Below are positions 18,735-28,567 of a stretch of DNA of 64,000 nt, in pieces. Numbering within the stretch: the first letter of the stretch is position 1; every line of letters begins with the position of its first letter. The translations under genes were made by a program, and so were the position numbers. The stretch lies in UHGV virus genome UHGV-0064883. One strand, given 5' to 3'. The notes under the pieces are model-generated. The model did no database searches. It saw only the letters and a program-made list of their open reading frames with translations, and was not told where the DNA came from. The DNA comes from a virus.

Positions 18735-19448
18735 ACTTTGTCTGGCTCAACAACCAATTCGGCAACCAGATATGGCAGATTGCCGTGGCAACGTTTTTTT
18801 TTTGGAAGAGGGAACTTTGCCGCGATAACCTCCTATGCCGTGCCGCTGAAAGGAATTGGCTTCCATGCATTTCTGCATGTGCCTTGTTTTCCGTTCAACC
18901 GGGAGACAAGCGCCTTAGCGCCGCAAACGGTTTACGTCAAAAGAGGAACGCCCCTGCCTCCCGGCACGAACTCTATCATTGACGGGCAGTTGCAGGACGT
19001 AGCCTGGCTGCGCGGATTGAATATCCAGCAACTATTGACGTTTGATGGCATCGATAACGATTTTCGCATTGTCCATGTCCGGGGCGGCGATTTTTTTACC
19101 AGCAAGCCGCACAGGCCCTACGTCAAGAACCGGGACTGGTATCTTAAAGCCATTGACGCTGTGCCCGATATGCGGAAGCACCTGGATAAAACAATATTGC
19201 TTACGAACGACAAAAAATACGCGGGGAAAATCCTTCCCGAATTTCCCATACTGGACGTGCCGCCTTTGACTGCGTTCCGGTTGATGATGGGCTGCCGCTC
19301 TTTGGTCATATCCGCATCAACCTTTAGCTGGTGGGCAGGGTATCTTAACCCTTCGGCACAGATTGCCTGCCCTTCCCGGTGGTGCGGCGCCGGGGAAGAT
19401 TCGGAAAAATACTACGGGCACAATCGCCTGATGTTCATACCCGATTAG
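18731..19448 (+). pseudogene. GT11 alpha-1,2-fucosyltransferase-like gene interrupted by a +1 frameshift inside a T10 tract (18794-18803); possibly phase-variable
   Basis: N-terminal frame gives MNFVWLNNQFGNQIWQIAVATFFF (GT11 motif I, GGLGNQMFQYAfA). C-terminal frame 18738..19448 gives IVHVRGGDFF (HxRRGDY) and ISASTFSWWAGYL (motif III, STFSWWAAYL). Deleting one T would restore a roughly 239-aa ORF. The start overlaps the upstream stop (ATGA). Confidence 0.7.
18794..18803. repeat. T10 homopolymer that splits the GT11 reading frame
   Basis: acg tttttttttt gg. Frame 2 runs upstream and frame 0 downstream. Confidence 0.9.
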
Positions 19449-19464
19449 CCGAAAGCCCGGCAAA

Positions 19465-19481
19465 TTTGCAATGATTGCAAA
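19465..19481. promoter_or_regulatory. 17-bp palindrome, centre-G variant TTTGCAATGATTGCAAA
   Basis: 17 nt after the stop at 19448. Confidence 0.8.
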
Positions 19482-19660
19482 TTCGTTTGTATGGACTGAA
19501 AATGATTATATAGACTTGTTCCTTGCTTCCGTCTTTTGGCGTTTGCCCTATGGTCAGATAGTTCCCTCCCGCGAGGGCCGGGAACCCTGAAAACTTCCTG
19601 TGGTTTTCAGGAGCATCACCATCAAGCAGGACAAAAACCAAATAGAAAGACAGCACAAAA

Positions 19661-20578
19661 ATGTACGGCACTAGCCCTATGTTTACCATGCCCGTGTCCT
19701 CCGTTGACTCCGGGCGCAGCAATGATAACTACGGAAACTGGAACAATCCGTTTGTGTACCTCGTCTGGATGTGGGCGTTCTCCATGTTCGGCGGCAATGG
19801 CCTGTGGGGCAACAGGAACGGAGTGGGAACCGTAGAAACCCAAGCGATTACCGCGTCTCAGGTCGATGACATCAGGGCGCAGGTAGCCGCTATCCGTCAA
19901 GGGATTGAATGCGGCGACGCAAACATCATGCGGGCCGTTGACCAGCTCGCCGATACCGCACGCGCCAACCAGATTAAAATTGACGGGGGCTTCACTGCCG
20001 TCAACCAAAACCTGTGTTCCGGCTTCGGCTCCGTCAACTCCAACATCTGCGACGCTAAGACGGCTGTTCTTGGCGCCCTTTGCAACATCGAGCACAACCT
20101 CGCCATGCAGGGATGCCAGTTCGCTAACCAAATGCAGCAGTGCTGCTGCGAACTCAAGACCGCTATCGGCGATGTCGAATGCAGCATAGAAAAAGGCCTC
20201 CTGAATCAGACGATTCAGCTCAACCAGGGGCTGTACGGCGTCAACCAGAACATTCAGCAGACTGGCACGCAAATTGCCAATGGCATTTCCAACCTCGGAT
20301 TTACCATTCAGCAGCAGTTCTGCAACACGAACAGCCTGATTGAAGCGAACACGAGAGCCGTGCAGGCGGAAGGCGCCATGACCCGTCAGCTGCTGGTTGA
20401 CCAGGTGAAGGATGCCGAAATCTCCCGGCTTCGCGGCATCGTCGCAGAAAACAGCCAGCAAAGGCAGACTACGGAACTGTTTGCCGCCCAGCAGGCCCAG
20501 ACGGCTACTCTGCTGCCCCTGTTGCAGCAGATTATCAACAACACGACGAAGACCACCAGCTCCACGGCGACTGCCTAA
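19661..20578 (+). CDS. Hypothetical Q/N-rich, Cys-containing protein (305 aa), possibly structural
   Basis: ORF preceded by the A-rich leader CAAAAACCAAATAGAAAGACAGCACAAAAATG, which resembles the conserved leader. Confidence 0.55.
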   Translation: MYGTSPMFTMPVSSVDSGRSNDNYGNWNNPFVYLVWMWAFSMFGGNGLWGNRNGVGTVETQAITASQVDDIRAQVAAIRQGIECGDANIMRAVDQLADTARANQIKIDGGFTAVNQNLCSGFGSVNSNICDAKTAVLGALCNIEHNLAMQGCQFANQMQQCCCELKTAIGDVECSIEKGLLNQTIQLNQGLYGVNQNIQQTGTQIANGISNLGFTIQQQFCNTNSLIEANTRAVQAEGAMTRQLLVDQVKDAEISRLRGIVAENSQQRQTTELFAAQQAQTATLLPLLQQIINNTTKTTSSTATA

Positions 20579-20591
20579 TCGTCAATTCAGG

Positions 20592-20624
20592 CTTCCCGCC
20601 TTTTACCGGGCGGGGGCCTTTTTG
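20592..20624 (+). terminator. Intrinsic terminator-like hairpin
   Basis: CCCGCC-TTTTACC-GGCGGG then CCTTTTTG. Confidence 0.5.
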
Positions 20625-20679
20625 AATCCTGGGGCGTTACCGCCCCTAAACATCAAGCCAGAAAGGAGAATTGACGATA

Positions 20680-21321
20680 ATGTTCGGAAATATGATGCCC
20701 GGAATGCCGGGCGCAAATCCCGCCGCAGGAGGTATGGGAATGCCTCCCATGTTTCCAGGCATGCCGGGCATGGGTTCCGCCATGCCTACTCAGGCGGAGG
20801 TGCAGGCTCATATTGAGCGGCATATCCAAGAAACGATGGTCCGAATGCTCGAAGAACCGACTCCGGAAGTGGAAACCGCCATACTAAAGGCGTGCAAGAA
20901 ACTTCTCCGCAAGCACGGCTTCCTGGAATCGGACGCGATACGCAGCAAGCACCACCGAGAGGAAGCAGATAAGGAGGAACACATCCATGACCCGTTTTCT
21001 GCGGACAACGAAGAGGCGGAAGACGAACACCGCTGCCATGCCTGGGATAAAAACCCTATGGGGCGGCTGTTCCTGCTCGTCGATGAACTACAGGAGCTGG
21101 CCTACAAGGGCCACGGTCCGCAGGTCATCGAAAAACGCTTCCGGGAAGCATGCTCGGACGACGTGTGCGACGAAGAACTTAAAGTGATGGGCCGTCTGGT
21201 CATGGCTGACGGGTTCAGAAAGCATGCGTCGGCGCTCGGAATGACCAAGGAAGCCTTCAAAAAGCATCTTGCGTCCATTGCCGACAAAATCAAACGCGAA
21301 AGCATGGACGACGAAGACTGA
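20680..21321 (+). CDS. Hypothetical G/M/P-rich acidic protein (213 aa), possibly a scaffolding protein
   Basis: AAGGAG upstream. Position between the head-morphogenesis and protease genes. Confidence 0.5.
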   Translation: MFGNMMPGMPGANPAAGGMGMPPMFPGMPGMGSAMPTQAEVQAHIERHIQETMVRMLEEPTPEVETAILKACKKLLRKHGFLESDAIRSKHHREEADKEEHIHDPFSADNEEAEDEHRCHAWDKNPMGRLFLLVDELQELAYKGHGPQVIEKRFREACSDDVCDEELKVMGRLVMADGFRKHASALGMTKEAFKKHLASIADKIKRESMDDED

Positions 21322-21425
21322 CGGCTTTTTATATTGGTTATTGCGAGGTTGCGGGCTTGATTGGCTGGATGCCGTCAGGCCCGCAATTTTATTGACTTAA
21401 CCCCGCGTTGTGCTATCCCGAAACC

Positions 21426-21869
21426 ATGTCTGTTACTACTATTTGCAGTACGACGGCAGCCGCCGTAATTGGCGCTCTGGCCATTTCATCCTGTTCCCAG
21501 GTGTGGGATGTGACAGCCCAGCGGCAGGCGAAAGAGGCCGTCATTTCTATCACCGTATCGTCCAGGGTGCGGAATGACCCGAATCCCCCGCAGCGGGAAG
21601 TTGCGTACAAGACCGTGGCGGCGGTGTTGAGTGAATGCATTGATTCCGGGAACACCGATTCCGCTACGCTGAAATCCGGCATTTACTCTGCTCTGGATAA
21701 AGTGTTTTCCGCTAAACTGGCCGATAAAATCACCGGGGAAATCATGGATATGATTATCGACCTGGCAGGTTCCGCTAAGGACCCGGACAAGCTGCTTGCT
21801 GCAGAAAAGCTGGTGCTGGACAGCATCAAAGCCGGGCTTGACATGTCGGAAACGGTCGTAGTACAGTAA
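21426..21869 (+). CDS. Predicted lipoprotein (147 aa)
   Basis: MSVTTICSTTAAAVIGALAISSC has a signal peptide and a lipobox-like ISSC. Confidence 0.45.
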   Translation: MSVTTICSTTAAAVIGALAISSCSQVWDVTAQRQAKEAVISITVSSRVRNDPNPPQREVAYKTVAAVLSECIDSGNTDSATLKSGIYSALDKVFSAKLADKITGEIMDMIIDLAGSAKDPDKLLAAEKLVLDSIKAGLDMSETVVVQ

Positions 21870-21925
21870 GGGCCGTCCTGACAGACGCACAGGATAAAGC
21901 CCAGTTGAAATCATGAGAGAGATGG

Positions 21926-21976
21926 CAGCCTGTCGGGGGAGTGGCGTGTAAAATCCTCCGACAGGTTGCTTTTTTC
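21926..21976 (+). terminator. Intrinsic terminator
   Basis: CAGCCTGTCGG...CCGACAGGTTG stem, one mismatch, followed by T6. Confidence 0.6.
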
Positions 21977-22014
21977 TTGTTGACCTTCATATCACCGCCT
22001 CGCAATATTCCGGT

Positions 22015-22830
22015 ATGCCGTTTGTTCGTGTTGTGAAAAAAGTTCCGGCCCGCCTGGCGCCCATAGTAAAAAAAACGGTTGACCCGCTAACCGGAAAAGT
22101 CGTCTTCTGGAAAACCCCGGAAGGCAAAACGTTGGCGGGAAAAGTAGCCTCGGTTCACGGCGGCACGGCTTCGGTGCAACTGGCCGCCCCCTGCGGGAAA
22201 AAAGAGCTTATGCTCTCGGATGCTACCGTCACCCTTCCTGCGGACCTTCTGGGAACGGTTGACCTTCCCGTGCATTCCGGTACTGCCAAGGCATGGGAGC
22301 AGTCATCGTTTTTCAAAAAGTTCGTCGCCATCACGGAAAAGGACGAGGGCACGGAACGGGTTAAAGACTACCTTAACGTCACCATTGAGGGCTACGGCTC
22401 CACGTTTGAAAACTTTACCAAAGCCGACCGCGCCGGGGATAAGATTCTTCCTTCCGCGTTCGATGAGACGCTGGACGATTTCCGGCGCAATCCGGTGATG
22501 CTCCGGGACCACTGGATGGACACCGACCACACGATAGGCAAGTGGACCTCTGTGGAGACAGATGCCAAGGGCCTCCGTATGGTAGGGCAGCTTTCCAACG
22601 CTGACGACGTGCGGGATGTCCGGTTTAAGATTGCCGAGGGCATATTGACTACCCTGTCCATTGGCGGCCTCTTTCTTTATCAGGACGACAGTTCCACCAT
22701 CGAAAAGATTTACCTGTATGAAACATCCGTGGTTGTCGTGCCATGCAATCCGGACGCGACCTTTGCCGTGCGCTCGCTGGACATTGACACAGTTACCAAG
22801 GCATTTGATTTCAGGAGATTTTTTTCATAA
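22015..22830 (+). CDS. Prohead serine protease (HK97 gp4 / S78 family)
   Basis: GYGSTFENFTKADRAGDKILPSAFDETL...LRDHWMDTDHTIGKW...KIAEGILTTLSIGG fits the HK97 prohead protease pattern G.AsvF...D..gD.i.pGAF..tL...H......iG. Confidence 0.75.
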   Translation: MPFVRVVKKVPARLAPIVKKTVDPLTGKVVFWKTPEGKTLAGKVASVHGGTASVQLAAPCGKKELMLSDATVTLPADLLGTVDLPVHSGTAKAWEQSSFFKKFVAITEKDEGTERVKDYLNVTIEGYGSTFENFTKADRAGDKILPSAFDETLDDFRRNPVMLRDHWMDTDHTIGKWTSVETDAKGLRMVGQLSNADDVRDVRFKIAEGILTTLSIGGLFLYQDDSSTIEKIYLYETSVVVVPCNPDATFAVRSLDIDTVTKAFDFRRFFS

Positions 22831-23048
22831 TCAGCTTTCTTGCTCCGGATTGTCAGCCGGAATGTGAGGATAAACAAGGGAAACGCAAAGGACCGGAACG
22901 CCGGGAGGCGCCCCGCAATCCTTTGAGCATTTTCCGCTTCGTACATAGGAATATTGACGGGATGTACCCGCTTCCTGCTCCGCTCTGCCGGTCCGGGAGG
23001 CGGGTTTTCCTTTACTGGGATTGCCCGCGCCGATACTATGGCGGGGCA

Positions 23049-23498
23049 ATGATTGATAGAACTCAAGCTAGAAAAGACCCACAGGCATTCATACGTGCCA
23101 TTGATTCCATGCATGATGCCCTGGAAACCGCCACCAGAAGTTTGCGCCGTGGGGCGCAGGTGTTCCGGTTTTCCGACTCCAAGGGAAACTACCCCCGCAT
23201 TGATGACCTCTCCGCCGCCGAACGGTCGGAGTTCCAGAAGAAACTTGCTGCCGTGTCGGATGCCTTGCAGGATTTATACGCCTTTTTCGGATTTCCGGAA
23301 GACGTGCCTCCGGTGAAAACCGTCCTGCACCATATTCTGGATAGCACGCCGGATGCTGTTGCCGTCCCAAAAGTAATGGAGCCTGCACCCTGTGCCAAAC
23401 CGCCAACGCAAGCGCAGAAATCATGCCCGCTGGCAATCGCTACGCAGGCCGAGCAGGACAAACAGCGTATGGAAATTATCAAAGTAGAGGTGGACTAA
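23049..23498 (+). CDS. Hypothetical protein (149 aa)
   Basis: ORF from the first ATG; the upstream extension starts at 22923. Confidence 0.45.
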   Translation: MIDRTQARKDPQAFIRAIDSMHDALETATRSLRRGAQVFRFSDSKGNYPRIDDLSAAERSEFQKKLAAVSDALQDLYAFFGFPEDVPPVKTVLHHILDSTPDAVAVPKVMEPAPCAKPPTQAQKSCPLAIATQAEQDKQRMEIIKVEVD

Positions 23499-23501
23499 AA
23501 A

Positions 23502-23518
23502 TTTGCAATCATTGCAAA
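23502..23518. promoter_or_regulatory. 17-bp palindrome TTTGCAATCATTGCAAA upstream of the capsid gene
   Basis: 4 nt after the stop at 23498. Confidence 0.8.
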
Positions 23519-23676
23519 TTTTATTGACGGCCTACTGCCCCTTTGTTAGTCAAACGTTAAGCACATGCGTATTTTTTACATGCAGCGCGTCCAGAAATCC
23601 GCGAAAGTACGGCGGCTGTCTGTGAGGAATGATTGCAGCATTTTCGCTTAACAGTCTAACCGCTACAAAAAAAACA

Positions 23677-25335
23677 ATGTTGACCGAAGAACAGAAAAAG
23701 CGCCTTGCCGCTCTCCATATTAAGGATGCCGCAGCCCTCACCGAACAGGAACAGAAGGAACTTGCCGCGCTGACCACTATGGCCGAAGTGGACGGGTTGT
23801 CCATTGACGACGCCTTTATGGCACAGTATGGCCCTACCGAAGACCGCCCCCTGACCGGCGACGAGCTGAAAAAGCACATTTCCGACGCCGTAACCGAGGG
23901 CCTGAAACACTACTCCGGGAATATGGACGTGTCCAAGCTGGCCGAGGAAATCACGAAAAGCCTGAACATTCCGGACACCGGGAAGGGGATTGCCCCCGAA
24001 GACCTGAAATCCGCGGTGGCTTCCGCCCTCAGCGCAGAAGCTATCATTGAGAGCTTGCAAAGCAAGCTGCCCACCGTACCGGGCGAGGACCAAATCAAGA
24101 AACTAGTGGAAGAAGTTGTGAACGCTAACCTGCGCAACCAGTCCAAGAACTTTTACCCCGTTGATGAAGACATCAACGTGCCGCTTTCCGGCCACAAGGG
24201 CAACCTGTCCGTGGCAGAATACCAGCTTCTGAACATCTGCAAGATGACCGGCAAGGTTATCGACGCGAAAAACGTTCCCACGGACATCAATGACGGCATC
24301 CCCGAATCCGTCCGGAAGTCCGCTGAACAGGCCGGGGCCAAGTTCGTTCAGTCGCTGAGGATGGGCCGGAAGGATGTGTTCACCACCGGCGACGGGCACA
24401 TCTTCCCGTCTGACCTGTCCAGCACTCTGCTTTACAGGCTGTATCTTGAGTCCCAGTTGGCCGCCGCACTGATTTCCCAGGAAATCCCGATGCCGACCGA
24501 CCCGTACACGCTGCCTATTGCCACTACCCGCATCAAGTACCGCAAAGGTTCCGAAGCCCCGGCTACTACGACTGCGGATAAAATCGGTCTGTCCGACGTT
24601 ACGCTGAAAACGGCGAAACTTATCGGCATCACCGATTTCTCCTATGAAGCGGCCGAAGATTCCATCATTCCGGTGCTTCCCATGCTCATGGATGACCTGG
24701 CCAAAGGTGCGGTGGAATCCCTGGAAAACGCCATCATCAATGGCGACACGGCGACAACCCACCAGGACAAGGACACCACGGCAGCCGACGATGCCGCCAA
24801 GCTGTTTGACGGCCTCCGCAAGTTCGCCTTGGCGCAAGCTTCCTGCAAGGTTGACATGGCAACCGGCGGCATCTCCGCCGCGTCCATTCTCAAAATGAAA
24901 GCCTCTATGGGCAAATACGGCCTGCGCCCCTCCGACCTGCTTCTGGTCGTGTCCGCCTCCGGCTACAACACCATGCTTGGGCTGGATGAGACGCTGACCG
25001 TGGACAAGGCGGGGCCGGGGGTCGCAAGAATCCTTACTGGCGTTGTGCCGTCCATCTACAACATCCCGATTATTGTGTCGGAAGCCATCAAGGCCACCAA
25101 CACCTCCGGCGTTGTGGATGCCACGGACACCAACAACATCAAGGATTCCCTGCTTCTGCTCTACAAGCCGTCGCTGATTCTCGGTTCCCGACGAGGTTTC
25201 ACCGTGGAATCCGAAGTGGACAAGAAGCGCCAGGTCAACAGCCTGATTGCTTCCTTCCGCAGGGACTTCAAGCTTAAGGAGCCGCTTTCCAGTGCGCCTA
25301 CGGTCATTCTCGGCTACGGTGCGCCCATCCTGTAA
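23677..25335 (+). CDS. Major capsid protein, HK97 fold, with an N-terminal coiled-coil (delta-like) region
   Basis: 552-aa ORF with an N-terminal MLTEEQKKRLAALHIKDAAALTEQEQKELAAL coiled coil. The C-terminal region has the alternating hydrophobic/G-rich blocks typical of Phage_capsid proteins (LKMKASMGKYGLRPSDLLLVVSASGYNTML...IVSEAI...LLLLYKPSLILGSRRGFTVE). A strong terminator follows. Confidence 0.8.
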   Translation: MLTEEQKKRLAALHIKDAAALTEQEQKELAALTTMAEVDGLSIDDAFMAQYGPTEDRPLTGDELKKHISDAVTEGLKHYSGNMDVSKLAEEITKSLNIPDTGKGIAPEDLKSAVASALSAEAIIESLQSKLPTVPGEDQIKKLVEEVVNANLRNQSKNFYPVDEDINVPLSGHKGNLSVAEYQLLNICKMTGKVIDAKNVPTDINDGIPESVRKSAEQAGAKFVQSLRMGRKDVFTTGDGHIFPSDLSSTLLYRLYLESQLAAALISQEIPMPTDPYTLPIATTRIKYRKGSEAPATTTADKIGLSDVTLKTAKLIGITDFSYEAAEDSIIPVLPMLMDDLAKGAVESLENAIINGDTATTHQDKDTTAADDAAKLFDGLRKFALAQASCKVDMATGGISAASILKMKASMGKYGLRPSDLLLVVSASGYNTMLGLDETLTVDKAGPGVARILTGVVPSIYNIPIIVSEAIKATNTSGVVDATDTNNIKDSLLLLYKPSLILGSRRGFTVESEVDKKRQVNSLIASFRRDFKLKEPLSSAPTVILGYGAPIL

Positions 25336-25384
25336 ATCTGTGTGACCCCATAGATTACTTGTAATTTGTATTTTAGCCGGGAGG

Positions 25385-25425
25385 CATACATTGTATGCTT
25401 TCCGGCTTTTTCTTTGATTTTCAAT
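25385..25425 (+). terminator. Nested-hairpin intrinsic terminator after the capsid gene
   Basis: AGCCGGGA-(GCATAC-ATT-GTATGC)-TTTCCGGCT followed by TTTTTCTTT. Confidence 0.7.
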
Positions 25426-25446
25426 TTTTTCCATCTCACCCACCGC

Positions 25447-25782
25447 ATGAATTCACAGCAAATCAAGTTTTGGGCGCAACAGCACCCGGCGCTGGTCTGC
25501 GCCAATTTCATTGCCGACGCTTACGGCCTCGGCGCGGAAGAACTCAACCTGCTGACGGAAAAGCTTGACCGGAAAAGCCAGCTCGGAAAGCCGAAAAAAG
25601 TGCTAATCCGGACATTGCAGCTTTTGAAATACCCGTCAATGGACGTAGCCCAGGCTTTTGACACCACGCCTAAGTACATCACTTTGATATGGGGCAAGGT
25701 GCGGAAAGACCCGGAACTGGAACTGGTGGCGAACCGCATTTACCAGAAAACGATGCAAACGATTAACCGTGTGAAACCGTAA
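25447..25782 (+). CDS. Hypothetical protein (111 aa)
   Basis: ORF from an internal ATG. Confidence 0.45.
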   Translation: MNSQQIKFWAQQHPALVCANFIADAYGLGAEELNLLTEKLDRKSQLGKPKKVLIRTLQLLKYPSMDVAQAFDTTPKYITLIWGKVRKDPELELVANRIYQKTMQTINRVKP

Positions 25783-25837
25783 TTGCCGGAAAAAGGTTTA
25801 TCTTGTATTTTGGCTATTTTTTTTTACCGTTGCAGTC

Positions 25838-26419
25838 ATGAGAAATGCTACCTACCTAGGCCCCACAAAAAATATCGGCCGGTTTGGAATCTTACGAAAA
25901 AAGGACGTCGTATCCTTGTACGAGTACGAAATCGAATCCATTGCCGGAACTAAGATTTTCCAGGTATCTGAATTGAGTTTTGGCGATTCCGTCCCTGAAA
26001 ACGTCCAGCCGCTGGGAACCCCCGCTTACGACCTCCGCACCGTCCCCTGGAACCACCCCCATTTGTTTAAGTGGCTGAAACGCCGTGGACACCAGACGTT
26101 GAAAAACATTGCCTGCGCCATAGAAAGCCTGGGCATCCAGTTGACTTTGGATAGCCGGAAATCGGCCCTGTCCATAGCTGATGCTGTTTATGCGGCTGCC
26201 AAATATTTCAACTGGACGGCATTGACTGTTTCCGCCGTGAAAAGCCTGCCGTCCACCGTGGACCGGGCAACGCCTGAAACTCCGCAAACGGTCGAACCGG
26301 AAACAGAGCCGGAACCGGAAATGCAGGAAGAAGAGGAAAATGAAGAAAGCGGCGAAGCGGAAAAATCCTCCGCAATGTTCGGAGGGCAGGACGCGCAAAC
26401 AAGACACAGAAGCCGGTGA
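25838..26419 (+). CDS. Hypothetical protein with an acidic C-terminus (193 aa)
   Basis: ORF. T9 run at 25817-25825 just upstream. Confidence 0.5.
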   Translation: MRNATYLGPTKNIGRFGILRKKDVVSLYEYEIESIAGTKIFQVSELSFGDSVPENVQPLGTPAYDLRTVPWNHPHLFKWLKRRGHQTLKNIACAIESLGIQLTLDSRKSALSIADAVYAAAKYFNWTALTVSAVKSLPSTVDRATPETPQTVEPETEPEPEMQEEEENEESGEAEKSSAMFGGQDAQTRHRSR

Positions 26420-26423
26420 AGCA

Positions 26424-26615
26424 ATGACAGGAAATACCCATGATTTGAATGTCGCCAGTTTCCGCAGGCTTGCTTTGGACAGCGGCCATTCCGGTTCGGC
26501 TCTGGATACGATGGTAAAATCTTACGCCGCCGCGTCGTCTTCCGCCAAGCGTTGCATGGTGCAGGCGCTGATTCATATCCGCTCGCAGAAAAACAAGGCC
26601 CCGCAAACCAAATAA
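26424..26615 (+). CDS. Small hypothetical protein (63 aa)
   Basis: ATG 4 nt after the upstream stop. Confidence 0.4.
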   Translation: MTGNTHDLNVASFRRLALDSGHSGSALDTMVKSYAAASSSAKRCMVQALIHIRSQKNKAPQTK

Positions 26616-26627
26616 TCTGTTTCAGTC

Positions 26628-27209
26628 ATGATCACTCCATTGCCTTATTGCACGCTCAGCGAAGTGCAGGCGGAAATTCGTAACTACGATGCCAACATCA
26701 ACGATAAGCTGATTTCAGCCATTGAGCGGGCTACGGCATACATCGACGAGTACTGCCGGAAAACCTATCAGCCTGTTGACCGGGTGTCGGTCCCTTTCCG
26801 CGTGCCGTCCCCCTGTGTTGCCGGAAAATCCATACTGCTTCCGTTCCCGGTCCGGGAACTGTTGAGCATTGAGGACGGGGACCAGCACGGAGAAGCCCTC
26901 ACCCCGCAAACGGTCGAATGGTACTCCGGTTCCACCCGCATTATTGCCCCAAGAAACCTTGTCAACCCGGTCAACATCTATGGCACGTTCGGCGGGGAAT
27001 CCTCCAACAACGCGCAGGAGCCTCCCTTGGATTTGCCCGCCGGAATACGGCGTGCCGCCGTGTTGATTGCCGCCGCCTTTTCCGGAGAGTACAACCGCGA
27101 GCGCATTGACATCAATGGCGAGCGGCAAAACGTCCTCGAAACCTGGATTCCTAAAGAGGCCAAGGAGCTTCTGAACCGCTACGCCAGGACCCCCGCATCA
27201 TATATTTGA
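26628..27209 (+). CDS. Head-tail connector (gp6/gp15-like DNA-packaging/head-completion protein)
   Basis: N-terminal CTLSEVQAEIRNYDANINDKLISAIERATAYIDEYCRKTY resembles the Phage_connect_1 consensus (L.evK.hLRid.ddeD.li..li.aA...ie.yt.r). Confidence 0.55.
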   Translation: MITPLPYCTLSEVQAEIRNYDANINDKLISAIERATAYIDEYCRKTYQPVDRVSVPFRVPSPCVAGKSILLPFPVRELLSIEDGDQHGEALTPQTVEWYSGSTRIIAPRNLVNPVNIYGTFGGESSNNAQEPPLDLPAGIRRAAVLIAAAFSGEYNRERIDINGERQNVLETWIPKEAKELLNRYARTPASYI

Positions 27210-27214
27210 CGTTC

Positions 27215-27841
27215 ATGGGCTGGATGCGCTGTAGATATGCTTCGGGCAATTTCAGCCGGGCGCTTTCCCGCATGGAAAAAGCCCTGTCGCCCCAGCGGCT
27301 GGACAAGGAGGTTGCCAAGAAGTGCGCGGATATTGTCAAGGCAAGGCTGGTGCGTCGCACCCCGAAACGCTGGACGGGCCAGCTTCGCCGCAACTGGCGC
27401 ACGGTGCAGTGGTCCACCGGAATATGGGTGGTGGAAAACCCGTCCCCGGTTATGTCGTATCTGGAACATGGCACCAGGCCGCATGGCGCTCGCGGATTCC
27501 GGCACACCAGCACCGGGAAGCGCGTCAGAAAAAAATTGTTCATACCCCTGAACCGTCAAACCGCTATGGCCTATTCAGCCCAGGGCGGCACATTGGAATC
27601 AAAGCGCGAACTGTTCCGGAACGGTCGATTTATCACGACAACCAGAAGAAACCGCCGGGGAATCAGACAACAGCGCACCACGCAAAAGAAACTCATATAC
27701 GGAAAAGACTATATACTGGCAAAACGGGTGAAGGGCATCCGGGCAAAGCATATTGTGGAAGGCATGCGGCCATTTGCCCGGAAGCTTCTCCGGATTGAAA
27801 TGCGCCGGTATCTCCGGAAGGCGGTTTTGGGCCGCATGTAA
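27215..27841 (+). CDS. HK97 gp10-like head-tail joining protein
   Basis: RTPKRWTGQLRRNWRTVQ....YLEHGTRPHGARGF resembles the gp10-family motif (r.tP..tG.Lr.s.........Ya..vE.G). Confidence 0.45.
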   Translation: MGWMRCRYASGNFSRALSRMEKALSPQRLDKEVAKKCADIVKARLVRRTPKRWTGQLRRNWRTVQWSTGIWVVENPSPVMSYLEHGTRPHGARGFRHTSTGKRVRKKLFIPLNRQTAMAYSAQGGTLESKRELFRNGRFITTTRRNRRGIRQQRTTQKKLIYGKDYILAKRVKGIRAKHIVEGMRPFARKLLRIEMRRYLRKAVLGRM

Positions 27842-27892
27842 ACCCGTCTTTTTTTTGTTTTGCCACGAACCGTTGCAGGCTATTTTAACCTT

Positions 27893-28492
27893 ATGAGCAC
27901 TCAACCCATTGATACGTCAAAACTGCCTATGGCCCTGGCGCCGCTTTACGTTTTGCTGAACCGTCTGACCGGGCACACGGATAAGGGGCGCATGCTTTAC
28001 GGCCTGCGCCTGGAACTCTTCCCGGCAATGGCCAGGGTGCAGGGAAGAAAAGATTACCCGGTGCTTCGGATGCTGGTTCCAGCCCTTGGTTGCAGGCCCT
28101 CCGACGCGGGTTCCGGGTACCGGGCGGCAAAAAACCGGGACACGGAAGAATCTTCCTGCCTTACCCCGATGGACAGCCTGCTCACCGTGACATTCCAGTT
28201 GGAGACCTCCGCTGATTCCGGCTGGTTCGGCCCGGAAGTCCCCAGGGGCCGCGACCGTTGCGCGCTGGGGCATCTCGACTGGCAATGCTTGATTATGGAC
28301 GCAATGGAGACGGACTGGACCCGTGGAGACAATTTCATCGACATGCGTCTTTGCAAGACATTGCAATCACCGTTTTCCATTGAGCTGACCGACGACCCAA
28401 GCCCCAACGAATCCAGTATTGCGTCATTGATTGTCGTCAACATGTCCCAGTCGTTCCTTCCGCGCGGTTCCCGGTATAGTACGCTTGTATAG
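27893..28492 (+). CDS. Hypothetical protein (199 aa), possible tail component
   Basis: ORF in the head-tail region. Confidence 0.4.
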   Translation: MSTQPIDTSKLPMALAPLYVLLNRLTGHTDKGRMLYGLRLELFPAMARVQGRKDYPVLRMLVPALGCRPSDAGSGYRAAKNRDTEESSCLTPMDSLLTVTFQLETSADSGWFGPEVPRGRDRCALGHLDWQCLIMDAMETDWTRGDNFIDMRLCKTLQSPFSIELTDDPSPNESSIASLIVVNMSQSFLPRGSRYSTLV

Positions 28493-28567
28493 CTTTATTT
28501 TTATTGACCCGCTATACAGCACCTAGCAAACTCTCACACAAACGGAGGAACCTTTTTTCACATTGCT

